From the sequence record OQ411014.1: a stretch of 64,000 nt of DNA. One strand, 5' to 3'. The position numbers and the translations under genes are program-made. This document shows positions 50,941 through 61,078 of this stretch, piece by piece (the stretch's first letter is position 1; the number at the start of each line of letters is the position of its first letter). Under the pieces are notes generated by a model that was given only the letters and a program-made list of their open reading frames with translations, had not been told where the DNA came from and did not search any database. The stretch comes from Escherichia phage EJP2.

Positions 50941-51456
50941 ATGTTTTCAATTATGTACAAAGATGAGAATAATCAGCCACAGTACTTAGAGAGTTCCAGA
51001 TTTTACTCTTGGACTGATGATCTCGACGATGCTGCAAAGTTCGCACAAGAGAAGACAGCAGAAAAAGAAGTCAAGAAGATGTACAAAAATGGCTTCGATG
51101 AACAACTCTACGTAGTCTCTGTGAAGTGTGTTGCTATGTCTTTGAATACTGTAAAAATGCCCCCTATGAAGAATGGGTATACTTTCTGGTTGTCTGTTAC
51201 TGAAGAGTTCTATCGTGGTCCTAAGAAAAACTTCGGATTCAGTTCTTTCAGTACTGCGGTAAGTGCATGTACTATATTCAAAACAGAAGAAGAAGCTGAA
51301 AAAACAATGCAAGAATATATTCAGTTCTTGCAGGATTGTTATAATATGTATAAAACAACTTCACCTTCGTATAAAGTATATAAAGATACATATGATAAAG
51401 AATCAGTACAGCTTCGTGTTGTGAAAATTGTTGATGGGAAAATGCACAATGCGTAA
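50941..51456 (+). CDS. hypothetical protein
   Basis: 171-aa ORF. Confidence 0.55.
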   Translation: MFSIMYKDENNQPQYLESSRFYSWTDDLDDAAKFAQEKTAEKEVKKMYKNGFDEQLYVVSVKCVAMSLNTVKMPPMKNGYTFWLSVTEEFYRGPKKNFGFSSFSTAVSACTIFKTEEEAEKTMQEYIQFLQDCYNMYKTTSPSYKVYKDTYDKESVQLRVVKIVDGKMHNA

Positions 51457-51937
51457 AATTCATCACAAGATGAAACCCTTCTGGAAAGAAGTTGATGGGC
51501 TGGTGGAGTACTTAGTGTACTACCATGCATTTGGTTCCGTCTATGAACGACAAGGCTTGAAGGACCGTTCCATCTGTATCAATAAATCCAAATCGTACTT
51601 CATTTCATTTCAGTACGATAACTTATTGTACATGATTCTTTACAGCCTGAAGAACCCGAATGTGTTTTCTATTGAGATTGCAGATACATGGGACAAAACA
51701 TCATATTCTACACTATATGATTTCACTGTACCAGTACTGCTAACTGAAGAAGAACTGTTCAGTAAAGCATTGACGCAAGACATTGCGGAGTATAGTATTG
51801 AATTGCATAAGGAAGTATATAATTACTTCATGTACGTTCACACTATGCTTGGGGTTGGTCAGTTGAAAGATATGGACCCAATCACACCGCACATCCAGTC
51901 AGTACTGGATTCTGTAAAAGATTTGAAGAAGTGTTGA
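51431..51937 (+). CDS. hypothetical protein, paralog family A (TEEELFSKAL)
   Basis: family motif; start ambiguous (ATG 51431 or 51449). Confidence 0.5.
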   Translation: MMGKCTMRKIHHKMKPFWKEVDGLVEYLVYYHAFGSVYERQGLKDRSICINKSKSYFISFQYDNLLYMILYSLKNPNVFSIEIADTWDKTSYSTLYDFTVPVLLTEEELFSKALTQDIAEYSIELHKEVYNYFMYVHTMLGVGQLKDMDPITPHIQSVLDSVKDLKKC

Positions 51938-51962
51938 CATAGGGGGAATCTTCCCCTATAAT
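51934..51962 (+). promoter_or_regulatory. consensus sigma70 promoter with palindromic spacer
   Basis: TTGACA 51934-51939, spacer contains AGGGGGAATCTTCCCCT, TATAAT 51957-51962. Confidence 0.55.
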
Positions 51963-51989
51963 TAATTCATACAAAACGCAGAGGTTAAC

Positions 51990-52691
51990 ATGGACATTAC
52001 TGATTCTTTAATTGTGGTATTACGTAATCACATACAAAAGCACTTCAATAGGACTGAAATTAGAAATTTCAATTATGAACTATCTGAATGCACCAAGCTG
52101 CAATTTGTACACGAAGAACCATTTAAGGTTATTAGTGTAGCATTTGTTTCCGAAGGTGGGTGTACACAGCATCCGTTCTTTGAGTTCGAGGACAAATACT
52201 TAAAGAGTGCATTTAGCTATGAAGATACTATTTCAATTGAAACATCAAGGATTGCACCAATTCATATAGAAACGATTCCGTGGAGTCGATTACTTGATGC
52301 ACCTGCAATTCAATGCGAACCTGACTGGGTGGGACTTAGTATTGAAGTAATATCGTACATTCAATATCCTACGTCAGACGATTATGGATTTGCTCTTGAT
52401 GCGTACCTATTACAATGTACTGATTTGAAGATGAAAACAGTACTGAAGACTTCCAGAAAGCGAACTGACCTGATATACTATAAGGATGAGATTATAGCTA
52501 TCATGTCCGGTACTGGATCATATGGGATGCGTTATACAGTACTCAGTACTGATAGAGATAAGTTCACTGAAATGATACATACAATCATTACAGAATCCAA
52601 AGCTGAAGATTACAAAATTCCAATTGAACATACGAAAGTGATTGACTTCACCCAAGACCCTGATGTATACTTTCATGTACCAGGTTTATAA
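51990..52691 (+). CDS. hypothetical protein (233 aa)
   Basis: ORF with GAGG RBS. Confidence 0.55.
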   Translation: MDITDSLIVVLRNHIQKHFNRTEIRNFNYELSECTKLQFVHEEPFKVISVAFVSEGGCTQHPFFEFEDKYLKSAFSYEDTISIETSRIAPIHIETIPWSRLLDAPAIQCEPDWVGLSIEVISYIQYPTSDDYGFALDAYLLQCTDLKMKTVLKTSRKRTDLIYYKDEIIAIMSGTGSYGMRYTVLSTDRDKFTEMIHTIITESKAEDYKIPIEHTKVIDFTQDPDVYFHVPGL

Positions 52692-52710
52692 ACAAACATA
52701 GGAACAGAAA

Positions 52711-52905
52711 ATGAAATTTTTTGAACGTATCGTCGCATCAATCAAAGCATATCTTGGTAACAACAACACAGGCCCAGGTGAGCTAGAGTGCTGGCGTGAT
52801 TGGGATAAACGTATGGATAGTATTGTTCCAGCGGCACATCCTAAGACGTATGACCGTTACGACCCGAAGTACAATCTTCATGAAAAAATTGAAAAAGATT
52901 CATAA
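52711..52905 (+). CDS. hypothetical protein
   Basis: 64-aa ORF. Confidence 0.5.
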   Translation: MKFFERIVASIKAYLGNNNTGPGELECWRDWDKRMDSIVPAAHPKTYDRYDPKYNLHEKIEKDS

Positions 52906-52939
52906 AAAAATGAGACAAACTGGAAAATTGTGATATAAT
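52905..52939 (+). promoter_or_regulatory. extended -10 promoter (TGTGATATAAT at 52929-52939)
   Basis: exact recurring 11-mer. Confidence 0.55.
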
Positions 52940-53036
52940 ATAATTATCCAAACATCGTCGGATGTAAAACGAAAAACTCACAGCGTTCAATCATTTGAAC
53001 GCAATTCTATAGAAAAGTAATAAAAGGATTTATAAA

Positions 53037-53258
53037 ATGGCTAACGAACTAAACCAAACCGCAGTAATCGCTGACATTTCCGATGTAGAACGTACCATGA
53101 ACTACATTCAATTCCAACTAAGTCAAGCAGATGCTGAATTGGCTACCTTTGCTGGTACAGATGCTAAGAAAATCTGTTATGTTCACCTACTTGCTTGGAA
53201 GCAAGAGCTACAAACTGAACTACATGAACTACGCAAAGCTCTAAAGCGTAAAGCATAA
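53037..53258 (+). CDS. hypothetical protein
   Basis: 73-aa ORF with AAAGGA RBS. Confidence 0.5.
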   Translation: MANELNQTAVIADISDVERTMNYIQFQLSQADAELATFAGTDAKKICYVHLLAWKQELQTELHELRKALKRKA

Positions 53259-53272
53259 GTTCATAATGAATG

Positions 53273-53299
53273 CCATCCACATGGGTGGCATTTTTAAAC
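53273..53299 (+). terminator. intrinsic terminator
   Basis: AATGCCATCC / GGGTGGCATT stem then TTTTT. Confidence 0.65.
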
Positions 53300-53319
53300 T
53301 TACCTATTTGGAGATTATA

Positions 53320-53568
53320 ATGAAACAAGGCGATTTGGAGCAACAAGTCAAACATCTACACAAACGTATTGAGCAGATGAAAGCCCAACGTACAGAAGCG
53401 TGGAGTAAATGGCAAGAACTACAAAACGTACAAGCAACTCGTGAAATTCAAAAAGAAATTTCTTCTCTTTCTGGATTGATTTGTTCTCTGAACTATAGTA
53501 TTATGGGTACTCAGAAGACGTACAAAGAAGCGTGTTCCGAATTGATTTCATTCATCACTAAAGGGTAA
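53320..53568 (+). CDS. hypothetical coiled-coil protein
   Basis: start moved to ATG 53320 with GGAG RBS. Confidence 0.5.
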   Translation: MKQGDLEQQVKHLHKRIEQMKAQRTEAWSKWQELQNVQATREIQKEISSLSGLICSLNYSIMGTQKTYKEACSELISFITKG

Positions 53569-53573
53569 TAACA

Positions 53574-54101
53574 ATGTCAATTGAAATGATTTTTCTGTTC
53601 TCATGTTTAGCTTTCCTGGGTGCGTTCATTGTACTGCTAACTATCAGTACTGCGGTAATTGGTTCTAACAAAGCACTTCGTTTGCAATACATGATGAGTG
53701 CTCTGAAGAAAGATAAGAACGTTACTGATATCGTTGAGCATATCTTAGCTAAAGAAGAAGTAGGTCTTCTTGAAGTTTCACTATCTGGTAATCGCTTACG
53801 TTTTTATGAAGTAGGTGAAGTTCCAAATGATGGTCTTTCCTGGAGCAACCGTAACTCACATAGTGTTTCTATTTGGATTGGTAATCGTTATTCTAACTAT
53901 GGTTATATCGAGAAGTACTATTCCGAAGATGATTCACAGTTCGACGGTAAGTGTCCAGCATATAAGACTTGGTTGAAACTGATTGCACTTGAACAAAGGA
54001 TTGCAAACAAAGAAACTGGTATCAATACCGACAAGACCAAAGCTAAGAAAGAAACTACTTACAAAGCTGAAAAGAACAAAGTAACAGAAATCGAATTATA
54101 A
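53574..54101 (+). CDS. membrane-anchored hypothetical protein
   Basis: hydrophobic N-terminus; 175 aa. Confidence 0.55.
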   Translation: MSIEMIFLFSCLAFLGAFIVLLTISTAVIGSNKALRLQYMMSALKKDKNVTDIVEHILAKEEVGLLEVSLSGNRLRFYEVGEVPNDGLSWSNRNSHSVSIWIGNRYSNYGYIEKYYSEDDSQFDGKCPAYKTWLKLIALEQRIANKETGINTDKTKAKKETTYKAEKNKVTEIEL

Positions 54102-54103
54102 TC

Positions 54104-54127
54104 AAAAGGGGTCTTGTGCCCCTTTTT
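54104..54127 (+). terminator. intrinsic terminator
   Basis: AAAAGGGG / CCCCTTTT stem, loop TCTTGTG, T-run. Confidence 0.7.
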
Positions 54128-54138
54128 CGTGTAAGGAA

Positions 54139-54444
54139 ATGAATATGAGTATTCACCAAACTATTGTTGATAAACTCCAAGAAGTTCTCGATGAAGTTCA
54201 AGAACTTCCTGCTGGATATCAGTACAAGATTCGTGAGTTATGTTCTTGTATTGAAACTGTTGTTAGCATGTATGAAGATGTTCAGAAGGGTATCATCCCT
54301 GAAGTTTTCAAAAAGAATACGGCACAGCATGTAGATGCAGCAGAACATGAAGTTCAGGATGAACCACAGCCTGTTCAAGAAGTAAAAGAAGAAGTAAAGC
54401 CCATAAAGAATGATGTGTTGAATATCCCTAACATCGAGCTATAA
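54139..54444 (+). CDS. hypothetical protein
   Basis: 101-aa ORF. Confidence 0.5.
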   Translation: MNMSIHQTIVDKLQEVLDEVQELPAGYQYKIRELCSCIETVVSMYEDVQKGIIPEVFKKNTAQHVDAAEHEVQDEPQPVQEVKEEVKPIKNDVLNIPNIEL

Positions 54445-54446
54445 TT

Positions 54447-54947
54447 ATGATAAACCCAAAGGTACTCAAAACTATAAAAGACGAATTGACAGTACTGCAA
54501 AGTACTATCCCAATGACTCGTAATAGTGGTGTACACAATTCAACAAAGAAGACTACCGTATTCATACCCATTGATGGTGTTAGTGGTGAAGATATAAATC
54601 TCACAGTGAACACGTATCATAATGGAGAGACATTCTTTGATGGTAAGTGTAGTAACATTCATATACTCGTTGTGGGTAGAAATGATGATGTTGATGCAGC
54701 GGGGAATCGATATTCTTCATTTTTCGAGATTGACATATATCGAGATAGATTGTTCATGCCTGGAATGAATGGTGAAGGATCTATCGATTTCAGTATGTTC
54801 TCTGACGATTATGAAATTAGTGAAAAAGAATTGTTTGAATTTTTCCTAGTTACTGATACAATGGGTTTACCAGATGACCTCATGTTGACTATCATCGAAG
54901 TTACACGAGTATTACAAGATACTGATACGTTTTCACCCATATTCTAA
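54447..54947 (+). CDS. hypothetical protein, paralog family A (SEKELFEFFL)
   Basis: family motif variant. Confidence 0.55.
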   Translation: MINPKVLKTIKDELTVLQSTIPMTRNSGVHNSTKKTTVFIPIDGVSGEDINLTVNTYHNGETFFDGKCSNIHILVVGRNDDVDAAGNRYSSFFEIDIYRDRLFMPGMNGEGSIDFSMFSDDYEISEKELFEFFLVTDTMGLPDDLMLTIIEVTRVLQDTDTFSPIF

Positions 54948-54956
54948 GGAACAACA

Positions 54957-55229
54957 ATGCAAAATTTAGATGGCTTCAAACCTTTCTTCACTTTCTATGA
55001 CTTTGGTATTCGCAAAGAAGATGCTAAAGGTTTCTTACAATTTGGTGCTACTGTAGCAGGTTCCCCAAACAGTGGATATCATGTGTTCATTGCAGCACTA
55101 GGGAAACGTTCTAAAGTACTGGCAGACTTGGAACTCTTCCATAAGCTACATGTTGCGTTAGAAGATAATCAAGAGTTTTATGATTTGTGTGTTCAAATTG
55201 TAACAGAAAATCCAGAACGTAATAAATAA
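54957..55229 (+). CDS. hypothetical protein
   Basis: 90-aa ORF. Confidence 0.5.
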   Translation: MQNLDGFKPFFTFYDFGIRKEDAKGFLQFGATVAGSPNSGYHVFIAALGKRSKVLADLELFHKLHVALEDNQEFYDLCVQIVTENPERNK

Positions 55230-55365
55230 TAATACCAAAAGAAGAATAACATAATTATATCCCTCCCCTACCTATGGGATTTGGTGTACTAGTACTGCAA
55301 TAGTACTGTACATCCCGTTGGTAGACAACTTGTGTATCTCCTGCACATATAAACATCCGCAAACT

Positions 55366-55395
55366 GTCCAGCTTTATGCTGGACTTTTTGTTTTT
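55366..55395 (+). terminator. intrinsic terminator
   Basis: GTCCAGC / GCTGGAC stem then TTTTTGTTTTT. Confidence 0.75.
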
Positions 55396-55397
55396 AT

Positions 55398-55408
55398 GCT
55401 GTTATAAT
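55398..55408 (+). promoter_or_regulatory. extended -10 element (TGTTATAAT)
   Basis: TGnTATAAT at 55400-55408 directly after terminator. Confidence 0.45.
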
Positions 55409-55438
55409 TTAAGTATTAACAACCATAAAGAGATAATC

Positions 55439-55828
55439 ATGAAAGCTGAACTATATGATTTATTGTTACAATCATTGAAGACTGAATTTGTATTTGACTT
55501 CAAGAACCCAACTGGCTCAATTGTATTCACGAACAAGATCGTTTATGCCAAAGCTGAAGGCGGGGCATCTGTAATCTACGTACCGTATGAAGGTCAATCA
55601 TTTTATGTGTGTATCTATCCTGACACAACAGATTACGTTACAGTAATGTACATGTCAGGTGATGATTTTGAAGAAAAAGAGGGCAGTACTGAATCTTTTG
55701 GTACATTCAAAATGATCAGTACTGAAGAAGAGTTCTTCATGAAGAGTACTATCAACGATATGAATCATTCTTTTGAATTGATCAGTACTCTTCATGAACT
55801 CCAGAAAGAACTTGACCAGTATTTGTAA
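55439..55828 (+). CDS. hypothetical protein, paralog family A (TEEEFFMKST)
   Basis: start moved to ATG 55439 with AAGAGA RBS. Confidence 0.55.
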   Translation: MKAELYDLLLQSLKTEFVFDFKNPTGSIVFTNKIVYAKAEGGASVIYVPYEGQSFYVCIYPDTTDYVTVMYMSGDDFEEKEGSTESFGTFKMISTEEEFFMKSTINDMNHSFELISTLHELQKELDQYL

Positions 55829-55834
55829 GGACAG

Positions 55835-56170
55835 ATGATGTTAGAACTACTAGAAACAATCCTGTACGCAGCTAGAGCAGAACGATATGATAAACTCGAT
55901 GCACTAGCACCTAAAGTGTTTTATGGTCGAGAAGGTGATGCGATATTGTCCTTTACTATCATGACAGAAGAAAACTTTTCTATCATGATTAGGGCAACAC
56001 ACGTCATTGACTGTCGTTGTAAAAACTGGTCTGACGCAACATTGAAGTACGGTTACAAGGAAGATGAATTCTTCTTAGAATCACTCAAGCGTGAAATACA
56101 TTTTTCCTATGAAGAATATCTACTTGCACAAAAAATTTCAGAAGTTCTAAAAAGACTCGCATATAAATGA
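55835..56170 (+). CDS. hypothetical protein, paralog family A (KEDEFFLESL)
   Basis: family motif. Confidence 0.55.
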   Translation: MMLELLETILYAARAERYDKLDALAPKVFYGREGDAILSFTIMTEENFSIMIRATHVIDCRCKNWSDATLKYGYKEDEFFLESLKREIHFSYEEYLLAQKISEVLKRLAYK

Positions 56171-56196
56171 GAAATTTAGGATAAATGTGATATAAT
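56162..56196 (+). promoter_or_regulatory. extended -10 promoter (TGTGATATAAT at 56186-56196)
   Basis: exact recurring 11-mer. Confidence 0.55.
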
Positions 56197-56199
56197 ATA

Positions 56200-56335
56200 A
56201 TTATTAGGGACATTCGTCCCAACCGCCCTCACTGAAGCATGGTCAGACTCAGTGAGCACACTACGGGTGCTCTGACTGGTAAATGGAGGCTACCATAGAT
56301 GTAGCCTCCAATTTATCCTTAAACAAAAGGAGAGC
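56200..56335 (+). other. structured 5' leader / possible small RNA
   Basis: hairpins GGGACATTCGTCCC and GGAGGCTACCATAGATGTAGCCTCC between promoter and next start codon. Confidence 0.3.
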
Positions 56336-56338
56336 AAA

Positions 56339-56785
56339 ATGAAATTCAACAAAATTCAGTTAGTGTTTGAAAACTGTGAAACTTTAGTTATTAATGCATC
56401 TGATATTGTTACATTGAAGACTTCACCAGCCCAAACTTCTTATCACAAGAACTACGGTAACAGTATCATTGAAGAACATGAAATCAAACACATCTTCCTG
56501 GCAGTGAAGAATGGCACTAAGGCTGATCCTGATTCTGTGTCATGGGACGATGACAGTACTGTGCGATTCCGTAATGACGTTACGAACATTACCTTCATTA
56601 GTGATAATGAAAGTAAAAACTACGTAGTTCGTTGGGAAGAGAGTAATACTAATAATTACTCATCTGCGTATCAGCGTTGCACAACCACTCTAGATGGTCA
56701 TCAAGTCTGGATCAACTCATCTGATGTTATTATGGATTTGCAAATTTCTGACGTTGATGAGTTAGCATCGTTTATGAATATCTAA
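56339..56785 (+). CDS. hypothetical protein
   Basis: 148-aa ORF with AAGGAGAG RBS. Confidence 0.55.
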   Translation: MKFNKIQLVFENCETLVINASDIVTLKTSPAQTSYHKNYGNSIIEEHEIKHIFLAVKNGTKADPDSVSWDDDSTVRFRNDVTNITFISDNESKNYVVRWEESNTNNYSSAYQRCTTTLDGHQVWINSSDVIMDLQISDVDELASFMNI

Positions 56786-56794
56786 GGAAATCAA

Positions 56795-57157
56795 ATGACA
56801 AAGCACCGTACATTACATAATGCAATAAAACATGTTCATACTAATATCAGTACTATCATGTCTAACCAGCCATATATATGCGGTGCTTTGGAATTCACAT
56901 CTCTAGGACACCAAACTGTCCACGCATACGAACTCTTCTGGAACACCCACAGAGCCATTACTATTGATATGTATGAGAATCACATGGCCTTCAAATCATG
57001 GAACGTTGATACGTACCGATGGATGGATGTGTGCAAGATAAGTTATGACATCACCAGGGAAGAGTTCGATCAGTTGTTGTTCGTTCATGACTTACGTACT
57101 TTGGAGTTCAAATCATTCAAGTACCTAAAGCTCATCAAAGAACACATTTTCAGTTGA
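56795..57157 (+). CDS. hypothetical protein
   Basis: 120-aa ORF. Confidence 0.55.
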   Translation: MTKHRTLHNAIKHVHTNISTIMSNQPYICGALEFTSLGHQTVHAYELFWNTHRAITIDMYENHMAFKSWNVDTYRWMDVCKISYDITREEFDQLLFVHDLRTLEFKSFKYLKLIKEHIFS

Positions 57158-57181
57158 CAATGATTTGTTATGATGTATAAT
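57154..57181 (+). promoter_or_regulatory. sigma70 promoter (TTGACA-16-TATAAT)
   Basis: TTGACA 57154-57159, TATAAT 57176-57181. Confidence 0.55.
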
Positions 57182-57210
57182 ACTAACAAATAACACAGAG
57201 GATTGAAAAC

Positions 57211-57639
57211 ATGTCATTAGAAGCTAAAGTACATTTCAAAGATACGTGGATTGACTTAACCACCAATACAGTACTGAACAATGAATTCAGTACACAAACT
57301 CTTTCTGCTGATACAGTAGAAGAACTAACCAAAGATGTTAAGCAACTCATCTCATCACGTGTTGGCTCTGACGTATACAACGCTCAACGCCATATTACTG
57401 AATTGTTAGGTGTAGATGGTATTGAATACCAGATGCAGTACAAAATGAGCAAAGAAGAGATGTTTGACTTCATTTTGACTAACAATGTAGAAATCACACG
57501 AGATGGTGCTGTTTGGACTAAAACTGACGGTCGTAAAGTTCGTGTGAAATATTCTGTCAAGATCAATGATTTGAACTTAGCTGGATATGATTTAGAAGAA
57601 GCTATTCAGTACTATCACGATACGAGAGGTTCACGATGA
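57211..57639 (+). CDS. hypothetical protein, family A-like (SKEEMFDFIL)
   Basis: degenerate family motif. Confidence 0.55.
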   Translation: MSLEAKVHFKDTWIDLTTNTVLNNEFSTQTLSADTVEELTKDVKQLISSRVGSDVYNAQRHITELLGVDGIEYQMQYKMSKEEMFDFILTNNVEITRDGAVWTKTDGRKVRVKYSVKINDLNLAGYDLEEAIQYYHDTRGSR

Positions 57640-58028
57640 TTGTAGTTGCAGTATTACTTGGATTTGCTATAATGGCTATAACGTTACGTCTTAACGGTTA
57701 CTACAGAGACGAACGATTTCGCATTGAGCGAGAGAAAGAACGTGACTTGCACAAAGAAATATATAAAGCACATGAGCCAGTAAAATCACCATATGAAGTT
57801 CGATTGTCTTTGAGTAAGGACAAGAAGTTGGGTTATGCAGTGTATGACCACAGTGTGGGGCATTTTGCGAACTCAAATGGTGTTTTTATGTGGTTTCCTG
57901 ATTCGAAAAGTGCTATGATATTTCAAACAACACTGGAAGTGATTGGTTCATATCCACTAACGTACAAAGAATATCTAGATGTAATTCTTCCTGAAGTACT
58001 AAACCAAGAGAAAACTGAGGAAAAATAA
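57636..58028 (+). CDS. membrane-anchored protein; paralog of next gene
   Basis: N-terminal TM; shares GYAVYD / FANSNG-type motifs with 58029..58379. Confidence 0.5.
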   Translation: MIVVAVLLGFAIMAITLRLNGYYRDERFRIEREKERDLHKEIYKAHEPVKSPYEVRLSLSKDKKLGYAVYDHSVGHFANSNGVFMWFPDSKSAMIFQTTLEVIGSYPLTYKEYLDVILPEVLNQEKTEEK

Positions 58029-58379
58029 ATGTTAGCTGCAATCATCTGTACTGTTATCTTTTCTGCAACGTATTATATTTGCCAGAAGAAACGTACTGAA
58101 GCGTTTGAAACAGCACAAGCTAATCAACTAGAACTTGAGCGTTCTATGTTGATACAGGAGTCCAATGAGGGTAAAGAAGATTCCCCATTCCTCATTAAAC
58201 GTGTAGAATGTAATGGTCGCTGGGGTTATGCAATTTGGGATAAACGTATTTCTGATTATGCTAACATCTCTGACCAAAAGATTGAATTCTTCAGGACATT
58301 GGCTGCGGTTTATTGTATTATGAACGAAATAGAAACTTTTGAGAACTTTAAAGTTACTAAACCTATGCATACATTATAA
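58029..58379 (+). CDS. membrane-anchored protein; paralog of previous gene
   Basis: N-terminal TM; GYAIWD...YANISD. Confidence 0.5.
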   Translation: MLAAIICTVIFSATYYICQKKRTEAFETAQANQLELERSMLIQESNEGKEDSPFLIKRVECNGRWGYAIWDKRISDYANISDQKIEFFRTLAAVYCIMNEIETFENFKVTKPMHTL

Positions 58380-58390
58380 GGAGATATAAG

Positions 58391-58537
58391 ATGATTACTG
58401 TACAACTAAATGGTGTAGAACTAGAACTATCTGTCAAGGATGCAGAGAAACTAGTAGAAGAACTGAACTTCAAAATCAACGAGTACTATTACAGTACTAC
58501 TAACGTTCCTGACTCGGAAATCCTATACCGCGAGTAA
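58391..58537 (+). CDS. small ORF (48 aa), unlisted in ORF track
   Basis: ATG 58391 with strong TAAGGAG RBS; TAA at 58535-58537. Confidence 0.4.
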   Translation: MITVQLNGVELELSVKDAEKLVEELNFKINEYYYSTTNVPDSEILYRE

Positions 58538-58540
58538 ATC

Positions 58541-58942
58541 ATGCAAGAAGAAGATATTGTCGATATACTGAAGGGTGTAGTCAAAGAAATCAGAGATAAT
58601 GGTGAATGCAAACAATGTAGGTTCACCATCAATGATGGTAATGGTTCTGATGGCTCATTTCTTATGCAGTTTGAGAATATGACACTTACCATTTACCCGA
58701 CTTCAGTTATAACAAATCAGTTCGAAACAAATTCAGTGAATTACTTTCGGCGGCATCCAAACGATACAGAAGAACAGTACTTCGCTAGAATGCTAACAGG
58801 CACTGAGAGTATAATTTCTCCCAGTACTGAATTAGTACTACAAAGATTCTTTTTCGTTGTCATTACATTCATTCGTGATGGTCTATCCATGTTTCACGAT
58901 ACAGTCTGGACTGGCAATGCATACTACGATGACCAATTATAA
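58541..58942 (+). CDS. hypothetical protein, paralog family A (TEEQYFARML)
   Basis: family motif. Confidence 0.55.
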   Translation: MQEEDIVDILKGVVKEIRDNGECKQCRFTINDGNGSDGSFLMQFENMTLTIYPTSVITNQFETNSVNYFRRHPNDTEEQYFARMLTGTESIISPSTELVLQRFFFVVITFIRDGLSMFHDTVWTGNAYYDDQL

Positions 58943-58956
58943 GTTAGGAGATATAT

Positions 58957-59754
58957 ATGATTTTTGATAAAGTTAGTTTTCCTGCACATGCCTTCACTCA
59001 TGCGATTGTAGAAGACACAACTCTGTACGTGTACCTTAGTACTGGTAAGTGTATTGATATTGAATACGATAGCAATGACGCAGCAGAATACGCACTACTA
59101 CGCATTGATGCAGCCGTTTCACAATCCAATCCAGCACAAGAAGTTGTGTACGATGTGAAAGGTAAGATCACTGACATTGTGGGTTCTCTGAAAGAAAAAG
59201 TACTAGACGTTGCTAAAGATAAGGTCAAGAAAACTGCTCAAGAGAAAATCCAAGACACCATTGAAGAACGTGCACAGAAAATGTACGATGACCTACAGAA
59301 TGCACTAACTAACACCAAAGGTGTAGTTCAGAAGGTAGATGATATTTTCAGTACTATCTTTAGTGTTGGTGCACCCACTGAAGAAGAAAAACCTAAAGCA
59401 AAACCAGAAGTGAAACCTTCCCAACCTAAGAAGAAAACATACAAGCATTTTGGTGAAGATTTTTACAGTACTGTAAAAGTAACTGACCAACCGCGTGATC
59501 TAGACGGTCATCAACTACTCAATACTAAAGTATCTGATTTGACCCTGGATGAACTACGTACTGCTGTTGGTTTTGGTATTGATGATGCAATTTCTAACAA
59601 TCCAAATGTTAGTGAAAGTATCAAGATGATTGTGAAAACATTTGGTGCACAAGAAACTGAAGAAGCAATGACTTATCTAAAAGACCTGATTGTGGATTAT
59701 GCACAATCACAACCGAACGCAACCGTTCGACAAGCAATCGCTAAATTCTTGTAA
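58957..59754 (+). CDS. hypothetical protein (265 aa)
   Basis: ORF with AGGAG RBS; last + strand gene before convergent terminator. Confidence 0.55.
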   Translation: MIFDKVSFPAHAFTHAIVEDTTLYVYLSTGKCIDIEYDSNDAAEYALLRIDAAVSQSNPAQEVVYDVKGKITDIVGSLKEKVLDVAKDKVKKTAQEKIQDTIEERAQKMYDDLQNALTNTKGVVQKVDDIFSTIFSVGAPTEEEKPKAKPEVKPSQPKKKTYKHFGEDFYSTVKVTDQPRDLDGHQLLNTKVSDLTLDELRTAVGFGIDDAISNNPNVSESIKMIVKTFGAQETEEAMTYLKDLIVDYAQSQPNATVRQAIAKFL

Positions 59755-59788
59755 TAAAAAAGGCTCCTATAAAGGAGCCTTTTGTTTT
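59755..59788. terminator. bidirectional intrinsic terminator between convergent genes
   Basis: A-run, GGCTCCT / AGGAGCC stem, T-run; sits between + gene end (59754) and minus gene end (59787). Confidence 0.75.
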
Positions 59789-60930
59789 AATCTTTTCCAG
59801 CAATTACGATAGAACCAGCAAACCCATCGAGGGCTGTTAGTACTATATCATCTGCGTCATTAACCTGAACCTGAACAGTACAAACTGATGTACCATCATA
59901 TACAGTATATGACATATTGGATTTACCATGTTGTGCTTTGGTAATAGAAGCACTTGAGGAACCATCACCATTTGGTGTCCATGATAGAGCAGAACGGAAT
60001 GGAACACTTTGAGATGTTTTACCAATAATAACAACAACAGCGGCAGACGCAGCACTTTGTGTAACAGTAATGTTACCACTTGCATCTACGTCTACAGTAC
60101 TGAATTGTACTGCGTCATCTTGAGGTTCATGTAACTGAACAACCAGGTCCGCACCACGTCCGTGAATGATAGCAGGAACAGTAGCTTTGTACTGACCATC
60201 TGATTGTATTGCAAAATCAGCAGGAGCAATGTTGATTGAAGTTACATAGTCAGAATCAGCACCATCTGCATATACAGGGAATTGTACTTGAATTTCATTG
60301 TAATTCGGTGAAGTAATTGTTATAGTAGCTGTACCAGTTTGGGAGATAACCACTGGAGAAATACTGAATGTTCCATCTGGATTAACAGTACCTTCATATT
60401 CAGAACCATCTGGTAGAACAATTTTAACAACCATATCAGTAACGTCTAGAGCACCCGAACTAGAGGTGATAGCACCACTAATTTCAGTATCATTAACGTG
60501 AACTGGATTGATTACGATGTTGTCAATATCTGGTAGAGGGATAGTACATGTAGGTGTGTACATATCATAAAGCGTTTTACCAGTACTGAGAATTATTTTG
60601 TTCAATAGGAAACGAATGACGAAACCTTCCTTGGTCTTTTGATCATTGTAACCCCTTACAAAGAAGGTATTGCGTGGAATCTTAGCCAAGATTTGATCGT
60701 TATTTTCTAGATAATCCAGAACTCTACCCTCGGTGTCATAACCAGTGAGTAGTACTTTTTGATAAATTGTGTTTGTCGCAGGATCAATAAGGTCGAACAT
60801 TACATCAGAACGTTGTTTGTATATACGTAACATCTTTTTCTTTGTAAAGTCTCGCAGATATGCCCCATCAACTACAAATCCACAAACCCCATAAGGATAA
60901 TCCCCAACCCCAGCTATCGGTTTAGCCATA
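59787..60930 (-). CDS. hypothetical protein with repeated beta-rich (Ig-like?) segments
   Basis: minus-strand ORF; start placed at ATG 60930 with AAGGAG RBS; Thr/Ser/Val-rich repeats; fold guess only. Confidence 0.55.
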
Positions 60931-60974
60931 GATAAACTCCTTTTTTTGTTTTTCATTATGAACGTATTTACCCC

Positions 60975-61003
60975 TTGACATGTGATTATGCTTGTATTAT
61001 GAT
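60975..61003 (+). promoter_or_regulatory. possible promoter (TTGACA-17-TATGAT) in divergent control region
   Basis: TTGACA 60975-60980, TATGAT 60998-61003. Confidence 0.4.
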
Positions 61004-61049
61004 ACATGCATTGATTGACGCACATGTAATAAAGAACATTAAATGTGTG

Positions 61050-61078
61050 TTGACAGTACTGAATGACTGCTCTATAAT
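61050..61078 (+). promoter_or_regulatory. consensus sigma70 promoter (TTGACA-17-TATAAT), spacer contains CAGTACTGAA
   Basis: TTGACA 61050-61055, TATAAT 61073-61078. Confidence 0.55.

Noticed and set aside
59843-60085. 80-aa minus-strand ORF
   Set aside because: Alternative frame inside the longer minus-strand gene 59787..60930; the longer frame is preferred.
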